Part shown: positions 18,141 through 26,811 of the stretch, piece by piece | Layout: each line of letters opens with the position of its first letter | How positions within the stretch are numbered: position 1 is the first letter of the stretch | Assembly: GCA_036652815.1 (NCBI GenBank) | Contig: JAVVVE010000006.1 | Coordinates: 11,405 to 75,404, forward strand | DNA length: 64,000 nt | Direction: 5' to 3' | DNA from: Lachnospiraceae bacterium | GTDB taxonomy: Bacteria > Bacillota > Clostridia > Lachnospirales > Lachnospiraceae | The notes under the pieces: generated by a model | Told to the model about the DNA's origin: nothing | The model's input: the letters and a program-made list of their open reading frames with translations, nothing else | The model's database searches: none | Translations under genes and position numbers: made by a program

Positions 18141-19475
18141 TTAATCAGCCATATTATCTAAAAATACAGAAAAAATTCCATCAATATATTTATGTTTGTT
18201 TACGAGCAACTCACCCAGTGGTTTTTTATGTGCTATATATTCCCATATTTCCACATGCTTTTCCGCATATTCTTTCCACGTATAGTGTTCAACTGATCTC
18301 ACAAGCACAGCTCTTTCTTCTTTGATCTGATTAAGTACATTTACAAAGTCAGGCATCGTCTTGCATGCATAGCTAATACCATTTGAAATATCCAAATGAA
18401 ATCCCTGTGGCGTTACTATCGTCTTAACGCCTGCTGCCAAAGCATCCATAAAGCCCATGGAGCCTTCATCATATCCGAAAAACAAATAATAATCCAAAGA
18501 TGGAATCACTTGTTTTGTATATAAATCATAGTCAAAGTGATCATAATATTCTACTTCAAACCCTCTCATTCTCATTTCATGAACAATATTTTCCCATCCA
18601 TTTCCCATAATTGTAAAGGTAAAATATTCCGGATTGATTCCGTCGCAAATCTCAAGGATATTTTCTATTTTTTTTCGATGATCAAAATTTGCATGGTTAC
18701 GATGTGTAATGCCTAAAACAAATTTTTTGGGTTTAATAACAGCGTCTTGACCCGGATTGACATAACACAGTTTTTCTCTTGGAACACCATATTCCGCCAA
18801 CATTTCCATTGTTTCTCGAGACATACAGATACCCATTTTTGCTGTTTGCAACTGGAATTTGATTTGTTCCAAGGCATCCATACAATCTACATGTGCTATC
18901 ATAAGAGTATCATTATACGCTGCAATTGGTTCAAATGGATGATTGGGAATATGATGATTAATATCAGCCGTAGGGTCTGGGCAGCTTCCTATCTCTACGT
19001 CTACCCCCATCTCTATCAAATATTGCTCTAATTTTTGTGCAAACTTAGTCAATATCCATCCCATTTTATCATAAGAAATAAGTCTTACTTTTAATGGTTT
19101 CTCAATTCTTTGATAGGTATAAATATAAGCACTGTGATATGTATTAAATGCAATATTATTATAAAAATTGAATATTTGTGCATTAACATTTAATTCTTGT
19201 AAAAAATCACAAATCTCCTGAAATGTTTTTTCTTTTTTATTCACACAAACAACAATATACATTTCTTCTATTTCATTCACAAGGTATTCCGGTAGAACTA
19301 CTTTAACACCATTAATCGCTTCTATTTCCTTTGCTTTTTTATCACAATAGTAATCTATTTGCGGTAAATAAGGAAATATTTTTTGTCCTGCTGTTCCGGC
19401 ACCATATACGATTATTTTTTTAGGATTATTTCTAACTATTTCAAGAAAATTATCACTGCTTTGCATTATCTTCAT
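18141..19475 (-). CDS. GT-B-like glycosyltransferase (or nucleotide-sugar hydrolase) with an N-terminal PglD_N-like module
   Basis: 444 aa. The N-terminus is KIIVYGAGTAGQKI...YYCDKKAKEIEAINGVKV. The C-terminal half (MGNGWENI...GYDEGSMGFMDALAAGVKTIVTP) resembles a GT-B C-domain. Confidence 0.55.
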   Translation of the reverse strand: MKIMQSSDNFLEIVRNNPKKIIVYGAGTAGQKIFPYLPQIDYYCDKKAKEIEAINGVKVVLPEYLVNEIEEMYIVVCVNKKEKTFQEICDFLQELNVNAQIFNFYNNIAFNTYHSAYIYTYQRIEKPLKVRLISYDKMGWILTKFAQKLEQYLIEMGVDVEIGSCPDPTADINHHIPNHPFEPIAAYNDTLMIAHVDCMDALEQIKFQLQTAKMGICMSRETMEMLAEYGVPREKLCYVNPGQDAVIKPKKFVLGITHRNHANFDHRKKIENILEICDGINPEYFTFTIMGNGWENIVHEMRMRGFEVEYYDHFDYDLYTKQVIPSLDYYLFFGYDEGSMGFMDALAAGVKTIVTPQGFHLDISNGISYACKTMPDFVNVLNQIKEERAVLVRSVEHYTWKEYAEKHVEIWEYIAHKKPLGELLVNKHKYIDGIFSVFLDNMAD

Positions 19476-19496
19476 TTTATCTTCTCCATGTCCTCT

Positions 19497-20894
19497 TTAA
19501 ATCAAGCTCTCAATAAAATCCATATAATCTTCCCAGCCATTCTGCTTCTCTATATATTCTTTCGCTTGGTATCCACATTCTGCAAGATTTTTTCTATCTT
19601 GATTCAATAATTCAATGCTTGTAACGATACCCCTAATATCTTCTCTATCATGTACAAAACCATTTATTCCCTGCTGAATTACTCCATTCACTCCTGAAGT
19701 ATTCGTTACAATCGGAACTACTCCAAAGCTCATCGCCTCCAACATGGCAATTGCACAACCTTCGTAATCCGATAAATTAATAAAAATATCTTTATCCTTC
19801 CAAAATTGATTCATCTCATAAAATGAAATCATACCATAAAGATGAACTTTATTTGATAATTGATTGGTGTCTACAAACTGTTTGATTGTTGGATAAAAAC
19901 TTCCGTCTCCTGCAATATGTAACTGATAATTAATCTTTTTATTTTCTAACAATTGAATAAATGGAATTAATAAATCCGCTCTTTTTTGTGCTTTTTCTAT
20001 TCTTGCAGCATAGGCAAGATGAATGGCTTGTCCCTGTGGCGTATAGCTCTTATAAAATCCTTTTTCACAGCGAATGGCATTCTGCTTCAGATATACTTTT
20101 TCAGGATTCACACCATATTGATTGATAAAATTTTCTCTTATTTCTTTACTAACGCACAAAAATACATCTGTAGTATCTATAATTGCATTATTCTCATCAT
20201 ATATCCTTTCGTAGTCTGAATGTATTAAGGATATAATTCTAACTTGATCCCCATACTGCTTTTTCGCTATATAAGCTGCTGCATAAACTTGTGCCAATTG
20301 ATTAATAACAATGGTACAAGGTAACAATTCTCTTATTCTTTTTAAGACGCTATCGACCGCCTCTTTATAATGAGACAAATTAAAATCAAATAATTCCGTT
20401 TCATGTTGCATAGAAGTATAAAAATTAGAATTCTTTTTATTTATATTTGAAAATAACTTGACAGCATATCCTCTTTCCTTTGCAGAGACCGCAATATCGA
20501 TGGCTAATTTCACTGCCCCACTTAACACAAAACCCTCTGAAAAATCAAAAATAACATTCCTTTTCTTTTCTTCTAGGTATCTTGCATCCATAAAAGATAA
20601 TATAATCTGTTCTCTCAAAATAATCCTATCTTTGTTTATTCCCATGTCCAACAGCTGTTTTTTTATTTCACTGTAATACGTACTCGCTATCACAATAAAA
20701 AAAGAAGAAGATAGGGTTAGTAGCTTTTCCGGTGACAGGATTGGTTTTCCTTCCATTTGCTTTCCGCATTTATATTTATCATTATCGAGAAAACACACGA
20801 TGTCTACCCCTAAGTCGGTAAGTATCTGAAATGTATGCAAAGCACCATTAGAAGCACCAAATATAATCACTTTTTGTTTATGTAGATTTTTCAT
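19497..20894 (-). CDS. Family 4 (GT1-fold) glycosyltransferase with an N-terminal PglD_N-like module
   Basis: 465 aa. Has the E-x7-E motif (EGCAIAMLEAMSFGVVP) with a preceding HIAGDG. The N-terminus is KVIIFGASNGALHTF...CFLDNDKYKCGKQMEGKPI. Confidence 0.85.
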   Translation of the reverse strand: MKNLHKQKVIIFGASNGALHTFQILTDLGVDIVCFLDNDKYKCGKQMEGKPILSPEKLLTLSSSFFIVIASTYYSEIKKQLLDMGINKDRIILREQIILSFMDARYLEEKKRNVIFDFSEGFVLSGAVKLAIDIAVSAKERGYAVKLFSNINKKNSNFYTSMQHETELFDFNLSHYKEAVDSVLKRIRELLPCTIVINQLAQVYAAAYIAKKQYGDQVRIISLIHSDYERIYDENNAIIDTTDVFLCVSKEIRENFINQYGVNPEKVYLKQNAIRCEKGFYKSYTPQGQAIHLAYAARIEKAQKRADLLIPFIQLLENKKINYQLHIAGDGSFYPTIKQFVDTNQLSNKVHLYGMISFYEMNQFWKDKDIFINLSDYEGCAIAMLEAMSFGVVPIVTNTSGVNGVIQQGINGFVHDREDIRGIVTSIELLNQDRKNLAECGYQAKEYIEKQNGWEDYMDFIESLI

Positions 20895-20903
20895 ATGGTA
20901 TCA

Positions 20904-22277
20904 TTACCTCTCTGCATATGTTATACAATAGATGCGGTTGTACACCCTCGCATCTATTTGATATTTCGGATACTCATTGAATCCGGTAAGCAAATCTTCT
21001 TGTACCGCCGACAAGGTTTTCTTCACTTCCTGTACTTCCCGTATTATATATCCCTGTGCTTCTATCTGTGCCTTAATCTCTGCCCCGTAATGATAAGTGA
21101 ACTCCTGTGAGGAAGCACACAATAGCCTGCCGCCTACTTCTCCCGTTACTAATCGTTCCATCGTCGTAATGTGTCTAATGTTAAATACTCTGAGCAATAT
21201 CTGTGTATTTGGTTTCAGAAGCGGTTTTATCTTCTCCAATAAGGTCAGACCCAGCTTCTCTATCATACATTCTATTAAGATACTATCGAATCGCCTATGT
21301 GTCTCTACTAACATTTCTATGACATGACTGTCTTGATTCTCTTCATAAACTTCATCTAAAAATCGTGCTGCAATCTGCCTTCTGATTGGATGATCTTCGA
21401 TACCTACTACATACATCGCCGGCTGCTTGTCTTTGAGTTCGATAGCTAATGCTCCAAGACCGCATCCGATCTGTAAGATCTGTCTTCCATCTTGCTCTAA
21501 TATTTTATTTAGTACATATTGATTACAGACCGCATGATGGTTCCAATTCATTCCCTGCCATTTGTCTTCCAATCGCAATTTGTTTGTCATCATAATCTGT
21601 TCTCTATTGATATCTTTATGCGTAAAAGAAACATTCATAAAATGATGAATAAATGAATTGCGGCAGATCACTGCTTTTTTTCCAGCACATAATGCTCTGA
21701 TATTATAATCATCATCTTCATAATTACCAATGGCAAATCCTGTATCAAATATGCCAATCTCATCGATTAAGCTACGTCTCAGTAAGAGGCAGAAAGCAAC
21801 CAGTCTTAAAGTATGCCATGCCGAAGCATCACTTTCAGCTATTGTAGAAGCGAATTCCTGCATCTGTTCCAAATCATCGTTATAAGGAACCTGTATCATC
21901 TGTTTTCCCACAGTCGCATTGGTCAGCGGTCCTATCATATCAATCTCTCTATGTTCTTCCAAATAGGTCACCATATTGAATAACCATCTGTGTGTAACGA
22001 TCGTATCATTATTCAGTAACAGGATATAATCTCCTTTGGCAATTGCTATGCCTTGATTGCATCCTCCCGCAAAGCCCATGTTGCTAGGGTTCTTGAGTAG
22101 GATAATATCCTCTATCGTATCCAGATATTGTATCGTCTCTGCATTAGAAGCATTATCCACGATAATAATCTCATACTCAATATCTCTTGTATAGCGTCTG
22201 ATACTCTCTAAACATTGTTTGGTATAAGATAGCTGATTATAGGATAAGATGATTATACTACAATGCGGTGTATGCAT
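20904..22277 (-). CDS. Fusion protein: GT2 glycosyltransferase (N-terminal) and class I SAM methyltransferase (C-terminal)
   Basis: 457 aa. The N-terminal part has CSIIILSYNQLSYTKQCLESI, VDNAS and LLLNNDT (GT2). The C-terminal part has ILQIGCGLGALAIEL...VVGIEDHP (methyltransferase motif I). Confidence 0.8.
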   Translation of the reverse strand: MHTPHCSIIILSYNQLSYTKQCLESIRRYTRDIEYEIIIVDNASNAETIQYLDTIEDIILLKNPSNMGFAGGCNQGIAIAKGDYILLLNNDTIVTHRWLFNMVTYLEEHREIDMIGPLTNATVGKQMIQVPYNDDLEQMQEFASTIAESDASAWHTLRLVAFCLLLRRSLIDEIGIFDTGFAIGNYEDDDYNIRALCAGKKAVICRNSFIHHFMNVSFTHKDINREQIMMTNKLRLEDKWQGMNWNHHAVCNQYVLNKILEQDGRQILQIGCGLGALAIELKDKQPAMYVVGIEDHPIRRQIAARFLDEVYEENQDSHVIEMLVETHRRFDSILIECMIEKLGLTLLEKIKPLLKPNTQILLRVFNIRHITTMERLVTGEVGGRLLCASSQEFTYHYGAEIKAQIEAQGYIIREVQEVKKTLSAVQEDLLTGFNEYPKYQIDARVYNRIYCITYAER

Positions 22278-22341
22278 ATGATTCTCCCCATTCCATTCGT
22301 CATTTAATATATCGACAGAATCTGACTATTCATTAGTTTTT

Positions 22342-23640
22342 TTACTTTTTTTCCATACAAAATATTGCATACAGAGGCACTGCATGAATCCCATTTTCAT
22401 ATCCAAAATTTTTCAGTGAAAATCTGTACACATTTTCCGGATTATATTTTTTTATAAACTGATTTAAACTTTTTGACTTATTATGCTCTCCCTTTTTTAC
22501 CTCTATCGCATACCTGCCACTTTGGTCAAATGTAACAAAATCTAGTTCTGCAGAATATTCGCTTTCCCAATAAAACAAGTCATATCCATTCGCAGCTAAC
22601 TGAGTAGCTACATAGTTCTCGGTTACCGCACCCAAAAAGGTGTTTCCCATTCCCGACAAAATCGTTTGCTGCATGATGCCTGACTTCATAACCAGTAAAC
22701 CCACATCACACATATATAGTTTAAAAGATGCCAAGTCCACGTACGCTGACACCGGTTCATTTCCCTGTTCTGTCTTTTGACACTTAAGAACGACTCCAGC
22801 CGCATTCAACCATTCAATTGCCTCTCCAAATATAGTCGCTGTTCCACCTTTTTGGACTACTTTATATTGGAATTTTTTATTTTCTTTGGCTAGTTGTGCC
22901 TGTATTGAATTAAAACATGCTCTTATTTTTACACTGCTGGCATTTTCTGCATACTTTGCCATGTCTGCCAGATAGTTGTTCATAATTTCATTTTGTACGA
23001 GTGGAATATCCAATAATTTCCCGCTTTCCATGAATTGATTAATACATGCCGGCATACCTCCAACAATCAGATATTGTCGATATCTTTCTATTGCTTTTTG
23101 GTGAAGGGCCTCTACAAGAGCGGTCATCCCCTTATAACTATTTCTTATCTCATTACACAGAAAGTCTTCCTTCATAGCCCATAGAAATTCTTCAAAATCC
23201 AATGAATACAACGTCATTGTTTCCACTTTTCCTACTGGGAAAGAATATCTGGCACGATTAATTGCCACTCCTAACAGACTTCCAGCTGCAACAATATGGT
23301 ATTCCGGTGTATCTTCGCAAAAATACTTTAAGGACGTCAAAGCACGTTCGCATGCCTGGATTTCATCTAGTATGATTAAAGTTTCTCCAGGAACTATTCT
23401 CTCTCCGGTACTCGCTTCCAAATATTGAATCAATCTTTCCGGAGCAATATTGCTTTCAAAAAAGCTTGCTATTGTTTCATTTATTTCCAGATTGACATAG
23501 ACCATGTTTTTATAATATTTTTCCCCAAAAGCTCGTAAAATATAGGTCTTTCCAACCTGTCTTGCTCCATTTAAGATAAGTGGTTTTCGATTTTTCTTTT
23601 GCTTCCACTGAAATAATTTTTCTTCAATTTTTCTTTTCAT
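22342..23640 (-). CDS. AAA+ ATPase of the AAA_14/DUF4143 type
   Basis: 432 aa. Has Walker A (GARQVGKT) and Walker B (LIILDEIQ), with a long C-terminal DUF4143-like region ending in a restriction-endonuclease-like ELDFV...EVK segment. Confidence 0.8.
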   Translation of the reverse strand: MKRKIEEKLFQWKQKKNRKPLILNGARQVGKTYILRAFGEKYYKNMVYVNLEINETIASFFESNIAPERLIQYLEASTGERIVPGETLIILDEIQACERALTSLKYFCEDTPEYHIVAAGSLLGVAINRARYSFPVGKVETMTLYSLDFEEFLWAMKEDFLCNEIRNSYKGMTALVEALHQKAIERYRQYLIVGGMPACINQFMESGKLLDIPLVQNEIMNNYLADMAKYAENASSVKIRACFNSIQAQLAKENKKFQYKVVQKGGTATIFGEAIEWLNAAGVVLKCQKTEQGNEPVSAYVDLASFKLYMCDVGLLVMKSGIMQQTILSGMGNTFLGAVTENYVATQLAANGYDLFYWESEYSAELDFVTFDQSGRYAIEVKKGEHNKSKSLNQFIKKYNPENVYRFSLKNFGYENGIHAVPLYAIFCMEKK

Positions 23641-23699
23641 GATAGTACCCTCATTGTATGAATTTCATCATTTCTCTTTCCTTCATAATAAGGTAAAAT

Positions 23700-23753
23700 G
23701 ATTAATACGTCAAGAAAAATCAGGATTTTCTGATTTTTCTTGACGTATTAATC
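23700..23753 (-). terminator. 24-bp perfect inverted repeat (hairpin), a probable terminator or module boundary
   Basis: GATTAATACGTCAAGAAAAATCAG / GATTTT loop / CTGATTTTTCTTGACGTATTAATC was read directly. It lies 27 nt downstream of the stop of the SDR gene at 23780. Both sides are followed by short, interrupted T runs. Confidence 0.55.
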
Positions 23754-23779
23754 GTTTTACTCTATTTAACTTTTCATTT

Positions 23780-24844
23780 TTATACTACAGAGCGGTGTAT
23801 GCATAGGATTCTCTCCAGTCCTTCGTCTATCCCGACTCTTGCTTCAAAACCCAGCCGATATAGTTTTTCTGCATTCAGTATCTCTTTTGTCATCGTAGAA
23901 TAGCCTGCTTTCTCTGTCTCACTTGCACAAGCCTCGATGACTGTAACACCGGCTGCTCTTGCCAATGTCTTGGCAAAATTTTTAATCGTCACTTGACTAT
24001 TGGGATTGGCCACGTTATAGGCTTCTCCTACAGTGCCTCGTAATAAAATCGTAAGTATCGCCACTGCTGCATCTGCCAGATAGGTATAAGAGCGGTATTG
24101 TGTGCCGGCACTCTTTAATATGATATCCTTTTGTGCAAAAGCCCGTTTCATAAATTGCACATCGGCTTTGGTGCTGTTTTCCGACATCGTGGCTCCATAG
24201 ATATAAGACAGCCTGGCGACGCAGGTATTCAGTCCATACTCTTGATAATAAGCGGCACATAATGTCTCTGCTGCTCTTTTTCCTTCCGGGTAGCAGGAAC
24301 GGGGCTGCATCGATAACACTTCCCCTGCATCACTCTCTAAATATCCGGTTTCACGGTGTATTGTCTGTTTGCCATAGATTTCTCCACTACTTAATAGTAG
24401 TACTCTCTCCGGTTGATGTACTTGTTTTCTACTATGCTCTAAGAGATTCATCATTCCCAAAAAAGCACTTTGCATTGTCTGTACCGGTTGTGATGCAAAT
24501 GCTTGTGGATGATTATTTCCGGCTGCGTGGATTACATAATCCCATTCTATCTCTGTCTTGATCTCATCGCAAATATCTGCGACAAGTATCTGTAAGTCGG
24601 TTCGATTCCGATAAGGGTAGAATCTACGTCGGCTCTTTATCTCATCCCTGCAGAATGCTAAGATTCTCATCTCAAGCTGTGCAATATCGTTCATTTTGAG
24701 AAATAGGTCTACCAGATAAGAACCGATTAATCCGGTCGCACCTGTGACAAGGATTGTCTTATGTGCGAAACGTTCCCAAGGTAACGCTTCCCTGCATATT
24801 TCCTCTAATTCCCTCTGATACAGTGGACTATCCAAGATCGTCAT
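23780..24844 (-). CDS. NAD(P)-dependent epimerase/dehydratase-family (extended SDR) enzyme
   Basis: 354 aa. Has VTGATGLIGSYL (Rossmann) and YPEGK (YxxxK). It lies adjacent to an IspD/TarI-like cytidylyltransferase. Confidence 0.85.
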   Translation of the reverse strand: MTILDSPLYQRELEEICREALPWERFAHKTILVTGATGLIGSYLVDLFLKMNDIAQLEMRILAFCRDEIKSRRRFYPYRNRTDLQILVADICDEIKTEIEWDYVIHAAGNNHPQAFASQPVQTMQSAFLGMMNLLEHSRKQVHQPERVLLLSSGEIYGKQTIHRETGYLESDAGEVLSMQPRSCYPEGKRAAETLCAAYYQEYGLNTCVARLSYIYGATMSENSTKADVQFMKRAFAQKDIILKSAGTQYRSYTYLADAAVAILTILLRGTVGEAYNVANPNSQVTIKNFAKTLARAAGVTVIEACASETEKAGYSTMTKEILNAEKLYRLGFEARVGIDEGLERILCIHRSVV

Positions 24845-24856
24845 AACGAGCTCCTT

Positions 24857-25573
24857 TTATTTCATCCATTCGTCTTTCGAAGAATGTAACAGTGCTTTGA
24901 ATATCTCAATATCATCTGTCGTGGTTAATTTGAGGTTCTTCTCAGATCCTGTTGAAAAATATATTTCTTCTCCCAATTCAATCATCAAGGTACAGGTCGC
25001 GATAGAGTCTGCAATGCCTCTGTGTGCTGCTTCCTCATGTGCCCACACCAATTTTCCCAAAGGAAAAGACTGCGGTGTCTGTGTCCGTGCCAGCTTATCT
25101 CTATGTATCATCGTCGTGGAACTCTCCCTGTTATTCGTCAACAGCATTGCTTCTGCACAAGGCACTACCGTAATTGCAGAGCCATGCTGTATACAGCAGC
25201 TAATATTATCCGATATAATCTCCTGTGATACCAGTGGACGGATAGCATCATGTATTACCACTATATCTGTATCCTCGCACACACCATGTAATCCCATGAT
25301 ACCACTTTTTAACGAACCTTGTCCGTTTTTGCCACCCGGAAACACCCATTTTAATTTTGTAATATTGAATTGCTTGGCATATGCCTTTAAGATCTCCTGC
25401 CAGCCCTCCAGGCATACTACTGCGATGGCATCAATATTGGGATGACGTTCAAATGCCTCCATCGTATATACAATAACCGGTCTGTCATTCACATTGATAA
25501 ACTGCTTAGGAATATCCTGATTCATGCGTTGCCCGCTTCCCCCTGCGATTAGTAATGCAATATTCATACTCAT
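24857..25573 (-). CDS. IspD/TarI-family cytidylyltransferase (polyol-phosphate, e.g. ribitol-5-P, cytidylyltransferase-like)
   Basis: 238 aa. N-terminal ALLIAGGSGQRM...PKQF motif of the IspD/TarI family. It overlaps the upstream TagF-like gene by 4 nt. Confidence 0.85.
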   Translation of the reverse strand: MSMNIALLIAGGSGQRMNQDIPKQFINVNDRPVIVYTMEAFERHPNIDAIAVVCLEGWQEILKAYAKQFNITKLKWVFPGGKNGQGSLKSGIMGLHGVCEDTDIVVIHDAIRPLVSQEIISDNISCCIQHGSAITVVPCAEAMLLTNNRESSTTMIHRDKLARTQTPQSFPLGKLVWAHEEAAHRGIADSIATCTLMIELGEEIYFSTGSEKNLKLTTTDDIEIFKALLHSSKDEWMK

Positions 25574-26805
25574 TCTCCCATCTTATAAATCTGTTCAAAT
25601 AATCTGGCTGATGAATGTCCATCTATTGTTTGGAACATTCTGGTACGGGACTGTCTTCTGGCTGCTCTATGTGTATCCTCCAGCAGCACCTGATTCACTG
25701 CATGCATCAGCTCTTCCATCGTTGCCGCTTTTATCTCCGGCATATAAGTATCCTGTGGAATATAGCTGTCTCTGGTATTCGCTTCATATAATGCCAGGTC
25801 GTACTGAAATGCTACAACCGGTCTGTCTAACAGCATATAATCAGTATAGACAGAAGAATAGTCCGTAATCAGTACGTCTATCAGCCCTAGAAAAGAATAA
25901 ACATCTATTTGTGCATCTGCACTGATGATATTAGAATATTGTATCTCTTCAAATCGTTCTTTCAGTTTGGATTTTGGATGTAATTTGGTAACGAGTATTC
26001 TCTTGTGTTCTATCAAATATTGATTGAAAAGCTCCAGATCCATCACTGTAAAAAAAACTTCTTCCGAATCTCTAAATGTAGGTAGATAAGCCAGCAAGGT
26101 GTATCCTTCTGTCTTTTTCTCCTGCAATCTCTGCAGTAATCGCTGCTCCTGCACTGTTAATAGGTTATGTATCAGACTCTCTGTTTCTGCAAACAGCATA
26201 TCATTTCTCGGATATCCTTCGATGATAATATGTTTTGCATCAGTCCGAAAAGCCGATTGAAATATCTCGGACATCGCTTCAGAAGTCGCTAATGTATAAT
26301 GATTTGGCTTCTCATCCGACATTCTTCGTAACCAAGTCTGCCACCGTTCTCCTATATTCTTTGGGTGACGCACCCGATCAAATACATTATCATAATTTGT
26401 CTTCTTATTGCCGGAACCATGCCATAGATTGATCTTAACAGCTCCACCCGATAGCCAAAAAGATATGTCCTTTGAATAATTATCAAAGATATATCTACCT
26501 GCATGCAGTTCATACCATATCCCCTTTAGTGAGCGATAATAGTAGGCTTCCTGTCCACAAGCCTGCAGATAAGTTACGATATCAGTTTGATGAGAAATCC
26601 AAATGGCATGGATTTTATCAGCTTTATGCTGCCTCGTATACAGATAAAGATATCTGGGATTCTCTGCAAATCTTTGTCCAAAACCGGAACCAAATAACCA
26701 TATATTTTTATCTCTGTGGCACAAAAAAGAGAGTCCGTACACAGGTAGCAATAATAATTGTCCCCAATATTTGATTCTCTTAATTATGTTCCCATACGCC
26801 ATCAT
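25570..26805 (-). CDS. CDP-glycerol/CDP-ribitol polyol-phosphotransferase (TagB/TagF/TarL family)
   Basis: 411 aa. Contains INLWHGSGNKK and ITDYSSVYTDYMLLDRPVV, the two hallmark regions of the Glyphos_transf family. Confidence 0.85.
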   Translation of the reverse strand: MMAYGNIIKRIKYWGQLLLLPVYGLSFLCHRDKNIWLFGSGFGQRFAENPRYLYLYTRQHKADKIHAIWISHQTDIVTYLQACGQEAYYYRSLKGIWYELHAGRYIFDNYSKDISFWLSGGAVKINLWHGSGNKKTNYDNVFDRVRHPKNIGERWQTWLRRMSDEKPNHYTLATSEAMSEIFQSAFRTDAKHIIIEGYPRNDMLFAETESLIHNLLTVQEQRLLQRLQEKKTEGYTLLAYLPTFRDSEEVFFTVMDLELFNQYLIEHKRILVTKLHPKSKLKERFEEIQYSNIISADAQIDVYSFLGLIDVLITDYSSVYTDYMLLDRPVVAFQYDLALYEANTRDSYIPQDTYMPEIKAATMEELMHAVNQVLLEDTHRAARRQSRTRMFQTIDGHSSARLFEQIYKMGE

Positions 26806-26811
26806 CCTATC

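Noticed and set aside
22342-23640. The DUF4143 AAA+ ATPase as a defence system or mobile element.
   Set aside because: It is a single gene with no adjacent nuclease, methylase, toxin, integrase or transposase, and I saw no flanking direct repeats. I kept it only as a marker of island modularity, not as a system.
24897-25445. Long plus-strand ORFs in the track: 24897-25445 (182 aa), 27067-27549, 42754-43248, 50304-50894, 54685-55158, 56837-57298, 58756-59391, among others.
   Set aside because: Each lies entirely antisense to a minus-strand gene with clear family motifs. They have low-complexity or Cys/Ser/Leu-rich translations, and I saw no Shine-Dalgarno sequence upstream of the few I inspected. 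I treat them as shadow ORFs.
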